Shown piece after piece: positions 1 to 9,604 of a stretch of DNA of 64,000 nt (positions are counted from its first letter, which is position 1; each line of letters begins with the position of its first letter). The stretch is from Theionarchaea archaeon (lineage in GTDB: Archaea > Methanobacteriota_B > Thermococci > Methanofastidiosales > SZ-28-30). The position numbers and the translations under genes are program-made. Location of the stretch: contig JACVGT010000003.1 of assembly GCA_018992685.1 (NCBI GenBank), positions 13,050 to 77,049 on the forward strand, given 5' to 3'. The notes below the pieces were generated by a model, which did no database searches, was not told where the DNA came from, and saw only the letters and a program-made list of their open reading frames with translations.

Positions 1-428
1 TGCGGCTGCTGAACACCATGAAAGCAGTGGTTGTGGGAATGGTCAACGTCATGCTGCCCTTCATGGTGCTGCCCATTTCCAGTGCAGTAGAAAGCATCAA
101 TCCTCACATAGAAGAAAGTGCGTATGTTCTGGGAGCAGGAAAGCTGTACACCTTCTTCAAGGTGATCTTTCCATTGAGTCTCCCCGGCGTCATTGCAGGG
201 ACTGTGATGACCTTTGCCATAACCATGTCAAGTTTTGTAATGCCTGCACTTCTGGGCGGACCTGGATTCCAGGTTTTCGGTACTATTATCTACAATAGAA
301 TCTTGCTCATCAGCAACTGGCCAGTGGGTGCTGCCATGGCCTTCATCCTGGTGGCTATTGTGGTTCTTGTCATGTACTTCCAGGAGCGGCTCTTATCTGT
401 TCTCACCAAAAGACGGAGGTTGACGTAA
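1..428 (+). CDS. ABC transporter permease, C-terminal part; the start lies before the window (PotB/spermidine-putrescine type)
   Basis: Hydrophobic polytopic sequence carrying the ABC-permease EAA-like loop (ESAYVLGAGKLYTFFKVIFPLSLPG). The stop codon abuts the start of the next permease gene. Confidence 0.7.
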   Translation, partial: RLLNTMKAVVVGMVNVMLPFMVLPISSAVESINPHIEESAYVLGAGKLYTFFKVIFPLSLPGVIAGTVMTFAITMSSFVMPALLGGPGFQVFGTIIYNRILLISNWPVGAAMAFILVAIVVLVMYFQERLLSVLTKRRRLT

Positions 429-1229
429 ATGATTCTGGACAGACTGTACAAACTGTACGTCTACGTGATGTACTTTTTCATCCTCATTCCCCTAATCATC
501 ATCGTGGGAACCTCATTCACCACATCCCAGTATGTGACCTTCCCTCCAGAAGGGTTTTCCCTCAAGTGGTTTGTGCGTGTCTTGACCTCCTATAGCTGGA
601 TGTTCTCCTTCTTCTTGAGTGCGGTGATTGCCCTGGTTTCCATGGGAATTGCCATTCTCGTCTCCTTGCCTGCTGCCAAAGCACTGGCAAAGCATAGGGT
701 CACATTCCTGGGACGGGATGTGGGAGTTACCCTGCGCACCCTGTTCTTGTCTCCCATTGTCATCCCCATGATCGTGTTTGGGATTGGAATTGCCATTACG
801 CTGCAGACTCTAGGATTGTACGGTACCTTCCCTGGACTGGTCATTGGTCACCTGATCATCGTGGTTCCTTACGTTTTGCGCTCCCTCATCGTGAGTTTTG
901 AAGGAATCCCTGATTCTGTGGAAGAAGCAGCCATTACACTCGGTGCTACCCCGATTAAGACCTTCTTCAAAGTGACGCTCCCCATGGCAAAATCTGGATT
1001 GATTGCGGGGTCTCTCTTCGCATTCATCTGGTCCTTCGAGAATGTCACGGTGTCCATCTTTCTGGCAGTACCAGGATTGACTCCCCTGCCCATTAGGATG
1101 TGGGGGTATCTCTCTGAGTTTGCAGACCCCTCCCTGTGTGCTGTGGCCACTATCTTCATCGTGGTAGCCTTTGGTGTCTTCCTCGCGATATACCGCAAGA
1201 TGGGAAAGGCTTCCATGTTTGCAGTATAG
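429..1229 (+). CDS. ABC transporter permease subunit (PotC-like)
   Basis: 266 aa with 6 predicted TM segments and a permease signature loop (EEAAITLGATPIKTFFKVTLP). Its ATG sits immediately after the upstream gene's TAA, so the two look like one operon. Confidence 0.75.
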   Translation: MILDRLYKLYVYVMYFFILIPLIIIVGTSFTTSQYVTFPPEGFSLKWFVRVLTSYSWMFSFFLSAVIALVSMGIAILVSLPAAKALAKHRVTFLGRDVGVTLRTLFLSPIVIPMIVFGIGIAITLQTLGLYGTFPGLVIGHLIIVVPYVLRSLIVSFEGIPDSVEEAAITLGATPIKTFFKVTLPMAKSGLIAGSLFAFIWSFENVTVSIFLAVPGLTPLPIRMWGYLSEFADPSLCAVATIFIVVAFGVFLAIYRKMGKASMFAV

Positions 1230-1238
1230 CTGAGTCCT

Positions 1239-2393
1239 ATGGGTTCCTCACGGTATCAGTTCCTGGCTTTGGTGACAGTGGGCGGGCTAATCAGCTATGT
1301 GGCGAAAATGCTAATCCCGCCCCTGCTCCCCATTCTTCAGGATGAATTTGCCATAACCAATTTTCAGGCAGGATTGCTCATGACCGGATACATGGGAGCA
1401 TATGCTCTGGCCCAGATACCTTCTGGGTTACTGGGAGAGAAATTCGGGAGACGACGAGTCATGGCCATAGGCATGGCAGGGTCAGCAGTGACCTCTCTCC
1501 TGGTGGCTTTTTCACAATCATATGTCCACATACTCTTGCTGCGGATGTTGTTCGGGGTTTTTTCGGGGAACTACTACACTCCCGCTACGTCCATTCTGGC
1601 CCAGAGATTCAGTGCAAAAGAACGCGGAATGGCGCAGGGAATTTTGATGATGGGAGTGCCTGCAGGAACAGCTCTGGCTCCTCTTCTTGCCCTGCCTGTT
1701 TCTGAGCAGTGGGGATGGAGAATGAGTTTTCTCCTGGTTTCTTTGGCTGGAATTGCAGTTTCGATTCTGTTCTACATACTCACTGAGGAGAAGAAGGAAC
1801 CCACGCACATGAGAGATCAGATGGTATGGTCTTCCCACATATTCACTATTGGTATATGCTCTTTTTTCACGGGGGCTACAGTATTTGGATTTCTAACATT
1901 TTTCCCGAAGTTTCTTCTATCCAAAGGACTGGAACCAGAGACAGCAGCCTTTCTCTTCTCAATGCTGGCAATATCAGGACTTGTTGCTGTACCAGCATGC
2001 GGGAGACTGTCAGATATTTTGGGACGATTCAAGGTGCTGCTGATATTATTCACTGTGCTCTTATTGTCACTTATGGGGTTCTTATTGGTGCCTCCTCGCT
2101 TTTTTCCTGTTCTTGTCATACCTACAGGGGCTGTTCTTTCCGGTTACGTTCCTCCCCTGATGGCGTTTGTAGCTGACCTGTCTCCCGTCAGGGCTCGAGG
2201 TTTCTGGATCGGGTATCTCAATACCATGGCATTCGTGGGCGCTGCTTTTGGCTCAGCCATGGCGGGACTCATCCTTGATCACTATACTTATTCTGAGTTG
2301 ATTCAGTTCTTCGTCGTGCTGGTGCTGGTCGCCTTGATCATTTACCTGGCAAAGGTGAGGACAATACCTCGAACTGTGTTGACTTCCAATTAA
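1239..2393 (+). CDS. MFS family transporter
   Basis: 384 aa with about 12 TM segments. Shows the MFS motif GxLxDRxGRR-like (LGEKFGRRRVMAIG). Confidence 0.7.
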   Translation: MGSSRYQFLALVTVGGLISYVAKMLIPPLLPILQDEFAITNFQAGLLMTGYMGAYALAQIPSGLLGEKFGRRRVMAIGMAGSAVTSLLVAFSQSYVHILLLRMLFGVFSGNYYTPATSILAQRFSAKERGMAQGILMMGVPAGTALAPLLALPVSEQWGWRMSFLLVSLAGIAVSILFYILTEEKKEPTHMRDQMVWSSHIFTIGICSFFTGATVFGFLTFFPKFLLSKGLEPETAAFLFSMLAISGLVAVPACGRLSDILGRFKVLLILFTVLLLSLMGFLLVPPRFFPVLVIPTGAVLSGYVPPLMAFVADLSPVRARGFWIGYLNTMAFVGAAFGSAMAGLILDHYTYSELIQFFVVLVLVALIIYLAKVRTIPRTVLTSN

Positions 2394-2477
2394 CGTGCAT
2401 CAGCCACTTAGAAGTAATGCAATAATTAGTCTCATCAATTTGACAATTCCGATGATTTGTTGCATTATAGTACCGAA

Positions 2478-2489
2478 ATATTTATAAAT
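2478..2489 (+). promoter_or_regulatory. Archaeal TATA box/BRE upstream of the flavoprotein gene
   Basis: CGAAATATTTATAAAT lies about 30 nt upstream of ATG 2519. Confidence 0.4.
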
Positions 2490-2518
2490 TGAAAGGAGAA
2501 CTGAGGTTGGTGATACGC

Positions 2519-3205
2519 ATGCCAAAAGTGATTGGAATTTGCGGAAGTGAACGACTCAAAGGGAATACAGAGCAATTCATTCAACGCGCACTGGACGTCA
2601 TTTCAGACTACGGTATCAAAACAGAGCTCATCACTCTTGCTGACAAGAATATCAAGGGTGGCTGTATAGGCTGCATATGGTGCAGAGCTAACCGCGCAGA
2701 ATGTTGCATAAAGGACGATTTCATGCCAATCTGGAAGAAGATGTATGAAGCCGATGGCATTATTGTGGGATCCCCTGTGTACTGGGGAAGTGCTACTGCC
2801 AAGATGAAAGCGGTCCTTGAAAGAGCAGGGACAGTCAGTGAGGGCAGAGAACTGGGTAACGTAGATGGCCCGGTCAAAGATCTGGGCTGGCCATACGACG
2901 AAAAGCCCCCCGGCCTGTTCTACCACAAGGTGGGAGGAGCTATTGCCACCACCCGGAGGACAGGAGCCAATGCAACCCTTGCCGAATTACTGATGTGGTT
3001 CATGATCAACAACTTCATTGTTGTGGGGTCCTCATACTGGACCATTGGTGTAGGAACCAAGAGAGTTGCCAAAGAGACGAAAGGTGGGAAAGCCGGAAGC
3101 ACGCACACCACCACCATGCTGGAAACAGATGTGGAAGGAGCCGTTACCATCAAGCACTTTGGCGAGAATTTTGCGTGGGTTGTCAACAACCTTCACGGAA
3201 AATAA
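2519..3205 (+). CDS. NADPH-dependent FMN reductase / iron-sulfur flavoprotein-like protein
   Basis: Flavodoxin-like N-terminus (KVIGICGSERLKGNT) and a Cys cluster (CIGCIWC...CC). ATG at 2519 is preferred over the TTG at 2489, which falls inside a TATA-like box (ATATTTATAAAT, 2478-2489). Confidence 0.6.
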   Translation: MPKVIGICGSERLKGNTEQFIQRALDVISDYGIKTELITLADKNIKGGCIGCIWCRANRAECCIKDDFMPIWKKMYEADGIIVGSPVYWGSATAKMKAVLERAGTVSEGRELGNVDGPVKDLGWPYDEKPPGLFYHKVGGAIATTRRTGANATLAELLMWFMINNFIVVGSSYWTIGVGTKRVAKETKGGKAGSTHTTTMLETDVEGAVTIKHFGENFAWVVNNLHGK

Positions 3206-3245
3206 GTGGAATGAACCACATTTTTTTATTTTATGAGGTGAGAAC

Positions 3246-4373
3246 ATGCATGAAATTCCCCTTGTAGACCTTGCACGGCAGTATCAGAGTATCAAACACG
3301 AAATTGATACAGTAATCCAGAGAGTACTGGAGAAGGGAATATTCGTATTAGGAGAGAACGTACAGAAGTTTGAAGAAGAGTTTTCCCGGTATTGTGGTGT
3401 CCGCTACGGAATAGGAGTCAACTCTGCTACTGATGCTCTGACTATTGCGTTGAAAGCTGTAGGAGTAAAAGAGGGAGATGAAGTCTTAGTACCTGCAAAC
3501 AGCTTCATTGCGACAGCCAATGTTGTAGTATTCTGTGGAGCAACCCCTGTTTTTGTTGATGTAGAACCAGATACCCTGAATATGGATCCTGAGAAGGCTG
3601 TGAGAGCAATAACAAAGAAAACCAAAGCGATAATTCCCGTTCATCTCCATGGACATCCCGCAGATATGGACCCTCTTCTTGAGGCTGCTGAGGATCATGA
3701 CCTGGCCGTCATCGAAGATGTGGCTCAGGCAATCAATGCCCTGTACAAGGGAAAGAAAGTGGGATCTTTGGGCGACATTGGCTGCTTTAGCTTTTACCCC
3801 AGCAAGAACCTGGGAGCATATGGTGACGGAGGATTGAATGTCACCGACAATGATGAACTGGCTGAAAGAATCCGTCTCCTCAGGAATTACGGGAGAATAG
3901 AAAAAGAGTATAAGCAAACCTATGTTCACCGGCTGATTGGGTACAACAGCAGGCTTGATGAACTGCAGGCTGCTATCCTTCGGTTGAAACTTACGTACCT
4001 GGACGGGTGGACTGACAGGAAACGAGAGATCAGCAAGGAGTATACCAAAGGGTTTGAAGGGTCAGATGTTGAAGCACCTACTGAGAAAGAGTACGCTCGC
4101 CACGTGTACTGGGACTATTGCATCAAAGTGAAAGCCAGGGATGCCCTGGAGAAAGCTCTTCTTGACAAAGGAATCCACACTGCTGTGCTGTACCGGGTCC
4201 CCATACACTTGCAGGAAGCATACGCTTACATGGGGCTCAAAGAAGGCTCATTCCCCGTAGCTGAGATGACGTGCAGGCACATTCTTTCTCTGCCCCTGTT
4301 CCCTGAACTCACTGAGGAGGAGATACAGTTCGTTATAACGCAGGTTAAGAATATGGTGGGAGGATTACCATGA
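3246..4373 (+). CDS. DegT/DnrJ/EryC1/StrS family PLP-dependent aminotransferase
   Basis: N-terminus IPLVDLARQY...; lysine region SFYPSKNLGAYGDGG typical of sugar aminotransferases. RBS GAGGTGA lies upstream. Confidence 0.85.
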   Translation: MHEIPLVDLARQYQSIKHEIDTVIQRVLEKGIFVLGENVQKFEEEFSRYCGVRYGIGVNSATDALTIALKAVGVKEGDEVLVPANSFIATANVVVFCGATPVFVDVEPDTLNMDPEKAVRAITKKTKAIIPVHLHGHPADMDPLLEAAEDHDLAVIEDVAQAINALYKGKKVGSLGDIGCFSFYPSKNLGAYGDGGLNVTDNDELAERIRLLRNYGRIEKEYKQTYVHRLIGYNSRLDELQAAILRLKLTYLDGWTDRKREISKEYTKGFEGSDVEAPTEKEYARHVYWDYCIKVKARDALEKALLDKGIHTAVLYRVPIHLQEAYAYMGLKEGSFPVAEMTCRHILSLPLFPELTEEEIQFVITQVKNMVGGLP

Positions 4374-5482
4374 ATTCTGTTATGATTGTAGGGCTGGGAG
4401 ATATTGGAGAACATGTTCTGGAACTCCTCTGCAGAGCCCCTGAGGTTTCTCACATTTATACTGCAGATATTAATGAGGAAGCTTCTCTGCGTAAGATCTA
4501 CAGTGCGCGGGCGGGAGCGGCTCACCAGGGATTCCATCCTTCTATCGAGTTTGAGAAGGTTGATCTCAATGATGTGGATGCCACAGTTTCCTACATAGAG
4601 AGGGTCAACCCTGGAGTGATTATTTCCGCTGTGACGCTCTTAACCTGGTGGGCGCCAGAGGCTGCAGCGAAGAATATCGATTTTAAGAGGCTGGATGAGG
4701 CTGGATTCGGAGCGTGGCTTCCCCTGCACATTGCCCTGACATATAAATTAATGAAAGCAGTGAAGAAAGCAGGGATTTCTCCTCCAGTGGTCAACTGTTC
4801 TTTCCCTGATGCTATTAATCACATCCTGGGAAAAGTTGGACTGGCGCCCACTGTGGGCATTGGAAACTGTGACTTGTTTGTCCCGGAAATCCAGAAAATC
4901 GTGGCAGATGTATTTCAGGTATCTATGAAGAGTGTCTCAGTGTACCTGGTAGGACACCACTACCTGTGTCATGTATTGAATTCGTATCGCTCTACCTTGG
5001 AGACTCCCTACTACTTACGTGTGTTCGTGGATTGGAAGGATGTCACAGATCAGCTTGACGCCGATGACCTTCTTGTGAGAGCCAATACCTACATGCCCAA
5101 GGGAGTGCAGGACCATTTCATTGTGGCAGCCTCTGCTATAAAAGACGCGCTCCATCTCCTCAATGACACACATGAATTAACCTATGCCCCGGGTCCCATG
5201 GGCCTCCCTGGCGGGTACCCCGTGCGCATTGGCGGTGGAATGGCCCAGGTGGAACTGCCAGATGACATCACCCTGGAGGATGCAGTCAGGATTAATGAAG
5301 AGTCTCAAAGGCGCGACGGCATTGAACAGGTTCTGGACGATGGGACTGTGATATTCCCCACAAAGACGGTTGAAGTCATGGATGAGATCCTGGGCTATCA
5401 CTGTGAATCTTTGGCCCTGGAGGAGAGCGGAGAACGAGCGAAGGAACTTCTGGCGGCCTACAAGAAAAAGCTTTCAGGCTGA
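4370..5482 (+). CDS. NAD(P)-binding Rossmann-fold oxidoreductase (saccharopine-dehydrogenase-like; family uncertain)
   Basis: N-terminal GxGxxG (IVGLGDIGEHV). The ATGA overlaps the stop of the aminotransferase gene. Confidence 0.45.
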   Translation: MNSVMIVGLGDIGEHVLELLCRAPEVSHIYTADINEEASLRKIYSARAGAAHQGFHPSIEFEKVDLNDVDATVSYIERVNPGVIISAVTLLTWWAPEAAAKNIDFKRLDEAGFGAWLPLHIALTYKLMKAVKKAGISPPVVNCSFPDAINHILGKVGLAPTVGIGNCDLFVPEIQKIVADVFQVSMKSVSVYLVGHHYLCHVLNSYRSTLETPYYLRVFVDWKDVTDQLDADDLLVRANTYMPKGVQDHFIVAASAIKDALHLLNDTHELTYAPGPMGLPGGYPVRIGGGMAQVELPDDITLEDAVRINEESQRRDGIEQVLDDGTVIFPTKTVEVMDEILGYHCESLALEESGERAKELLAAYKKKLSG

Positions 5483-5492
5483 AGGTGAGTGT

Positions 5493-6545
5493 ATGAGTAA
5501 TCAACATGATCATGTTCAGAGCATTCTGGAAAAGGCAATCGTCATTGACGGTCACTCCGATATGCTCAATGATGTTATAGCCAAGAGAGACCAGGGAGAA
5601 ACGGCTGTCATCGCCACCCGACATCTCAAGCGACTGAACCAGGGAGGCTGTGATGGACAAATCTTTGCCATTTATGTAGAAGCACTTTACAAGCCTGATA
5701 TGGCCCTAAAACGGGCTATCAGACTGGCAGACTCCCTTTTCCTGGAGATCGAGGAAGCGCAGGGAAAGATCAGGCTGTGCTATACTGCTGATGACTTTGT
5801 GAAAGCAAAGAAAGAAGGAAGCCATGCTGCCCTCTTGGGAATGGAAGGAGCAGAACCAGTGGCTTCCGATGTGGTGTGGCCCAGCAAGAAACCTCCTGAC
5901 ATGAGTAGACTGCACTTTTTCTACAAAATTGGATTGCGACATGTGGGATTCACCTGGCAACAGCGAAACCAGGTGGCCGACGGCGTGGGAGAAGCCCAGG
6001 CCGACGGTGGATTGACCAACTTTGGTGCAGAACTGGTAAAAGAAATGAACAACCTGGGAATGGTGATAGACCTCGCTCATATAGCAGAGAAAAGCTACTT
6101 TGACGTCATGGAAATAACTCGGGATCCTGTAATTGTATCTCACACCAACTGTAAAGCTGTGTATGATTTTGAACGGTGCATCTCAGATGAACAGATTCAC
6201 ACCCTGGCTGAGAATGGTGGTGTTATGGGAGTGTGTTTCTATCCTGCTCTTGTGGACGAGAAGGTTCCCAGTCTGGAACGGGTCCTCGACCATGTGGACC
6301 ATGCTGTCAACCTTGTAGGTGTTGATCACGTGGGATGGGGAGCAGATTTTGCAGACTATATCCAGTGGAGTGCAGACGAAGTGGGACCTGACATTGAGGA
6401 GAAACCCAAGACAGCAGGACTTGAAGATGTCACCAAGCTGCCGAATTTCACCGGCGGGTTGCTGGACAGGGGATATTCAGACCAGGACATCACCAAGATA
6501 CTGGGAGGAAATTACCTTCGAGTATTCAAGCGAGTCCTGAGGTAG
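5493..6545 (+). CDS. Membrane dipeptidase (peptidase M19 / renal dipeptidase family)
   Basis: M19 N-terminal signature IVIDGHSDML. Length is about 350 aa. ATG at 5493 follows RBS GAAGGTGAG. Confidence 0.7.
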   Translation: MSNQHDHVQSILEKAIVIDGHSDMLNDVIAKRDQGETAVIATRHLKRLNQGGCDGQIFAIYVEALYKPDMALKRAIRLADSLFLEIEEAQGKIRLCYTADDFVKAKKEGSHAALLGMEGAEPVASDVVWPSKKPPDMSRLHFFYKIGLRHVGFTWQQRNQVADGVGEAQADGGLTNFGAELVKEMNNLGMVIDLAHIAEKSYFDVMEITRDPVIVSHTNCKAVYDFERCISDEQIHTLAENGGVMGVCFYPALVDEKVPSLERVLDHVDHAVNLVGVDHVGWGADFADYIQWSADEVGPDIEEKPKTAGLEDVTKLPNFTGGLLDRGYSDQDITKILGGNYLRVFKRVLR

Positions 6546-6601
6546 TTCAAATAGGTGGAGGTGAGTTAACGAACACGATATCGGGTACTCTTGGAGAGTT
6601 C

Positions 6602-7963
6602 TTGTCGCGCCTGACGTTTGATGAACTCCCTGAAGATGTGGTCCACCAGGCCAAGAGAATCACTCTTGATACTCTTGGGTGCATGATGGGAGGGTATCAA
6701 ACCGATCTTGGTGCATCCTTCATCAACCTGGTGAAATCTGTAGATGGGAAGTCCCAGGCCACACTCATTGGTGACAAAGGAAAACACTCCTGGATTTTCG
6801 CTGCCATGGGGAACAGTTACTTAGCAGACCTTCTGGACTACGAGCAGACCCTGACAGGGCACGAAAGTGCCACCATTGTCCCTGCTGCCCTGGCAGCCGG
6901 AGAATTTACCGCTGCCTCCGGGAGAGCAGTTATCAGAGCAGTAGTGGGTGCATATGAAATCCAATCACGTATTGGACTGGCAATTGCACCGTCTCCAGCT
7001 CGATTCAAACAGATCGCCAGTCCCAGTATTGAGATCAACCATACCTTTGGAGCAGCGGCAGCTGCAGGGGCCCTCTTTACCATGAAGGCGAGTGACCTGG
7101 GGAAAGTGCTTAACATGGCAGGTGATCTCTCACCCATTCCTGCCATTTACAAGTTCCTGGAACGTCCTGCCTCACAGCTCAAAGGGAAGTACTGGTGGTG
7201 CACTCTTGCAGGCTGCTTCAGTGTGCTGCTGTGTCAATCAGGATTTTACGGCCCCAGAGATATACTTTCGGGGGAGCATGGGTACTGGATTTGTGCAGGA
7301 TCAGACCAGTGTGACTTTGAGGCATTCACCAGGGATCTGGGAGTGGATTATTACATCATGGGAGATTCTTTCAAACCATACCCTTCCTGCAGGTGGACGC
7401 ACCCTGCCCTGGATGGAATCGATTCAATCGTGAAGGCTCATGCTCTTCACGCAGATGATATAGCCTCAGTCACCATCAGAACGTCACTGGTTATCAATGA
7501 TTTCAACCTCAACGATCAACACCCTGTCTCAATGGTGGATGCAGAGTTTTCTCTTCCCTACAGTGCGGCCATGGTCATCTTGAACATTCCTCCCGGAGTC
7601 GCATGGCATCTCCCTGAAACACGGGAGGATGAAAAAGTGCAGGATATCTGTCAGAAAGTAGAAATAATCACAGATGAGGAACTGAACAGACAGTACTTCG
7701 AATCCAAGACTGAACGGGCGAACCCCGCCCTTGTAGAAATCGAGACCGTGAGTGGAGACGTGTATACTGAACTTGTAACCTGTCCAAAAGGAGATCCTTC
7801 TAACGCAATGAGCGATGCAGAACTTGAGCAGAAGGTTCTTCGGCTTGTTATGCCCCGCCTGGATTCTTCTCAGGCCCGGGCCTTGATTGATCTGGTGTGG
7901 AATCTGGAGAAGGTGGAGGACATTTCGCAGGTGACCGACATGATACGCCTGCATTTCCAGTAG
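6602..7963 (+). CDS. MmgE/PrpD family protein (2-methylcitrate dehydratase / cis-aconitate decarboxylase superfamily)
   Basis: N-terminal DELPEDVVHQAKRITLDTLGCMMGG is typical of MmgE/PrpD. Length is about 450 aa. The start may lie a few codons upstream of 6602, since the frame stays open back to about 6545 with RBS GGTGGAGGTGA. Confidence 0.7.
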   Translation: MSRLTFDELPEDVVHQAKRITLDTLGCMMGGYQTDLGASFINLVKSVDGKSQATLIGDKGKHSWIFAAMGNSYLADLLDYEQTLTGHESATIVPAALAAGEFTAASGRAVIRAVVGAYEIQSRIGLAIAPSPARFKQIASPSIEINHTFGAAAAAGALFTMKASDLGKVLNMAGDLSPIPAIYKFLERPASQLKGKYWWCTLAGCFSVLLCQSGFYGPRDILSGEHGYWICAGSDQCDFEAFTRDLGVDYYIMGDSFKPYPSCRWTHPALDGIDSIVKAHALHADDIASVTIRTSLVINDFNLNDQHPVSMVDAEFSLPYSAAMVILNIPPGVAWHLPETREDEKVQDICQKVEIITDEELNRQYFESKTERANPALVEIETVSGDVYTELVTCPKGDPSNAMSDAELEQKVLRLVMPRLDSSQARALIDLVWNLEKVEDISQVTDMIRLHFQ

Positions 7964-7998
7964 ACTCTAGCCCAGCAGCCAGGAAGGAGTAGTTATCC

Positions 7999-9051
7999 AT
8001 GAACCAGAACTCTTATATTTCTGGCCGTGCCACCATATCCATGGATCGATACGTACGGCAGGTCCTTCTTTCTCAGATAGGGGAGGAAGGCCAGAGAGCG
8101 CTCCATGACTCATCGGTTGCCATCATAGGATGCGGCGCCCTGGGCTCATCCATTGCAGAACACCTTACCCGGGCAGGAGTTGGAACCATTCTGGTAGTTG
8201 ATAGAGACTTTATTGAGCTCTCCAACCTGCAGAGGCAGCATTTGTTTACTGAAATGGATGTAGGAGAGCCCAAGGCAGAGACTGCAGAGACCAAGTTGAA
8301 GGCCATCAACTCAGACATCTCCATTACGGGCATTGTGGATGATATCACCTCCCGAAATGTAGAGCACTACATTCAGGACAGAACTCTTGTCCTGGATGGA
8401 ACTGATAACCTGGACGTGAGATTTCTGCTCAACGATGCCTGTAACAAGAACAAGATTCCCTGGATTTTTGGGGCATGTGTGGCTGTCCACGGAATGAGTA
8501 TGAATATCCAGCCTGAAGGACCCTGTCTGCGCTGTCTATTTCCCCAAATCCCTCCCCGTGATAGTATTCCCACCTGTGACACAGTGGGTATCATGAATAC
8601 CCTGCCCACGATAGTGAGTTCCATCCAGTCAACAGAGGCCATAAAATACCTGGTGAGCGGACAGCTTGATTCAGGCCTTCTGGTGGTCGACGTGTGGGAG
8701 AGAGACGTCCGCACCATCGACGTTTCTCAGAGGAAGAACTGCCCATGCTGTGTGGATCATATCTATGAATCCCTAGACGTACGTGCCCCCTCTGCCACGA
8801 TCCTGTGCGGGAGAGATGCAGTCCAGGTTCGCCCTCCTTTTGAAATGTCACTCTCTCTTGACAGCCTGGCAGAATCTCTCTCTTCCAGAGGTTTTGTGAA
8901 GAGGACTCCACACATTCTGTTTTTCACTCGTGATACTCAGACCTTCAGTATCTTTTCAGATGGACGGGCCATCATAAAGGGTACAAATGATGTAAAGGAG
9001 GCACAATCGTTATATGAAGAATATGTAGAAAAGTATGCAAAAGAGAAATAG
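7999..9051 (+). CDS. ThiF/MoeB/HesA E1-like adenylyltransferase with an about 90-aa C-terminal extension
   Basis: Motifs RYVRQ and IIGCGALGS (nucleotide-binding), and Zn-binding CxxC...CxxC (CLRC...CPCC). About 90 further residues after CPCC match neither rhodanese nor a GG-terminal beta-grasp. Alternative start at 8041 (MDRYVRQ). Confidence 0.75.
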   Translation: MNQNSYISGRATISMDRYVRQVLLSQIGEEGQRALHDSSVAIIGCGALGSSIAEHLTRAGVGTILVVDRDFIELSNLQRQHLFTEMDVGEPKAETAETKLKAINSDISITGIVDDITSRNVEHYIQDRTLVLDGTDNLDVRFLLNDACNKNKIPWIFGACVAVHGMSMNIQPEGPCLRCLFPQIPPRDSIPTCDTVGIMNTLPTIVSSIQSTEAIKYLVSGQLDSGLLVVDVWERDVRTIDVSQRKNCPCCVDHIYESLDVRAPSATILCGRDAVQVRPPFEMSLSLDSLAESLSSRGFVKRTPHILFFTRDTQTFSIFSDGRAIIKGTNDVKEAQSLYEEYVEKYAKEK

Positions 9052-9057
9052 GAATCG

Positions 9058-9579
9058 TCAGAGTTCTTTGAAATCTACAAGTCTTTCCAGTCCCTTCCAG
9101 TCTTTGTTGATCTGAAGGTTTCGTGCGTTTGTTCTGGACACCTGCAGCACCACGTAGGATCTGAGGTAGTCATAGCTGTTGATGAGAAAATTGAGATACC
9201 GGTGTACAGAAAGGACGTCTTCTGCGGTCAGGACAATATAGGTCTGAAACTCGCCCACAGTAAAGTAGCAGTCCAGTACTTTGAGATCTTCTGATACTAT
9301 CATCTTTTTCTTGAGCCTCTCTTTGAGGAGCTCAGAGTCTCTTTCAGTAAAGGGATCGCACCTGAAAAGGACAATATACAGTTCAGACATCCTTTCAAAG
9401 GCTACATCTACGCTGTACCCTAAAATAATATTTGATTCCTCATATTCTGTGATATATTTTTTTACTGTGCTGTGGTGCATTCCCAGACTGTCTGCAATTG
9501 AGGTATAGGGTTGGCTGCCTTGGTGGAGCAGTTCTTCCAGTATCTTTTTTTGTTTTTCATCTTTTTGATTCGTAATCAT
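9058..9579 (-). CDS. Lrp/AsnC family transcriptional regulator
   Basis: HTH (SIADSLGMHHSTVKKYITEYE) plus a C-terminal RAM-like domain. Start trimmed to MITNQKDEKQKK by alignment with its tandem paralogue. Confidence 0.7.
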   Translation of the reverse strand: MITNQKDEKQKKILEELLHQGSQPYTSIADSLGMHHSTVKKYITEYEESNIILGYSVDVAFERMSELYIVLFRCDPFTERDSELLKERLKKKMIVSEDLKVLDCYFTVGEFQTYIVLTAEDVLSVHRYLNFLINSYDYLRSYVVLQVSRTNARNLQINKDWKGLERLVDFKEL

Positions 9580-9604
9580 TAGAGAACCTCCCTCCATCAG
9601 AAGG

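Noticed and set aside
513-1216. Antisense ORFs (513-695, 590-844, 869-1216) inside the ABC permease gene
   Set aside because: They are fully embedded in, and antisense to, a well-supported membrane permease gene, and their composition is low-complexity. Likely spurious.
1518-2176. ORFs 1518-1838, 1817-2119 and 1826-2176 overlapping the MFS transporter gene
   Set aside because: They are embedded in the MFS coding region and have no recognisable motifs. Frame artefacts.
3404-3929. Antisense ORFs within the DegT aminotransferase gene
   Set aside because: They are embedded antisense in a gene whose full-length family signature is strong.
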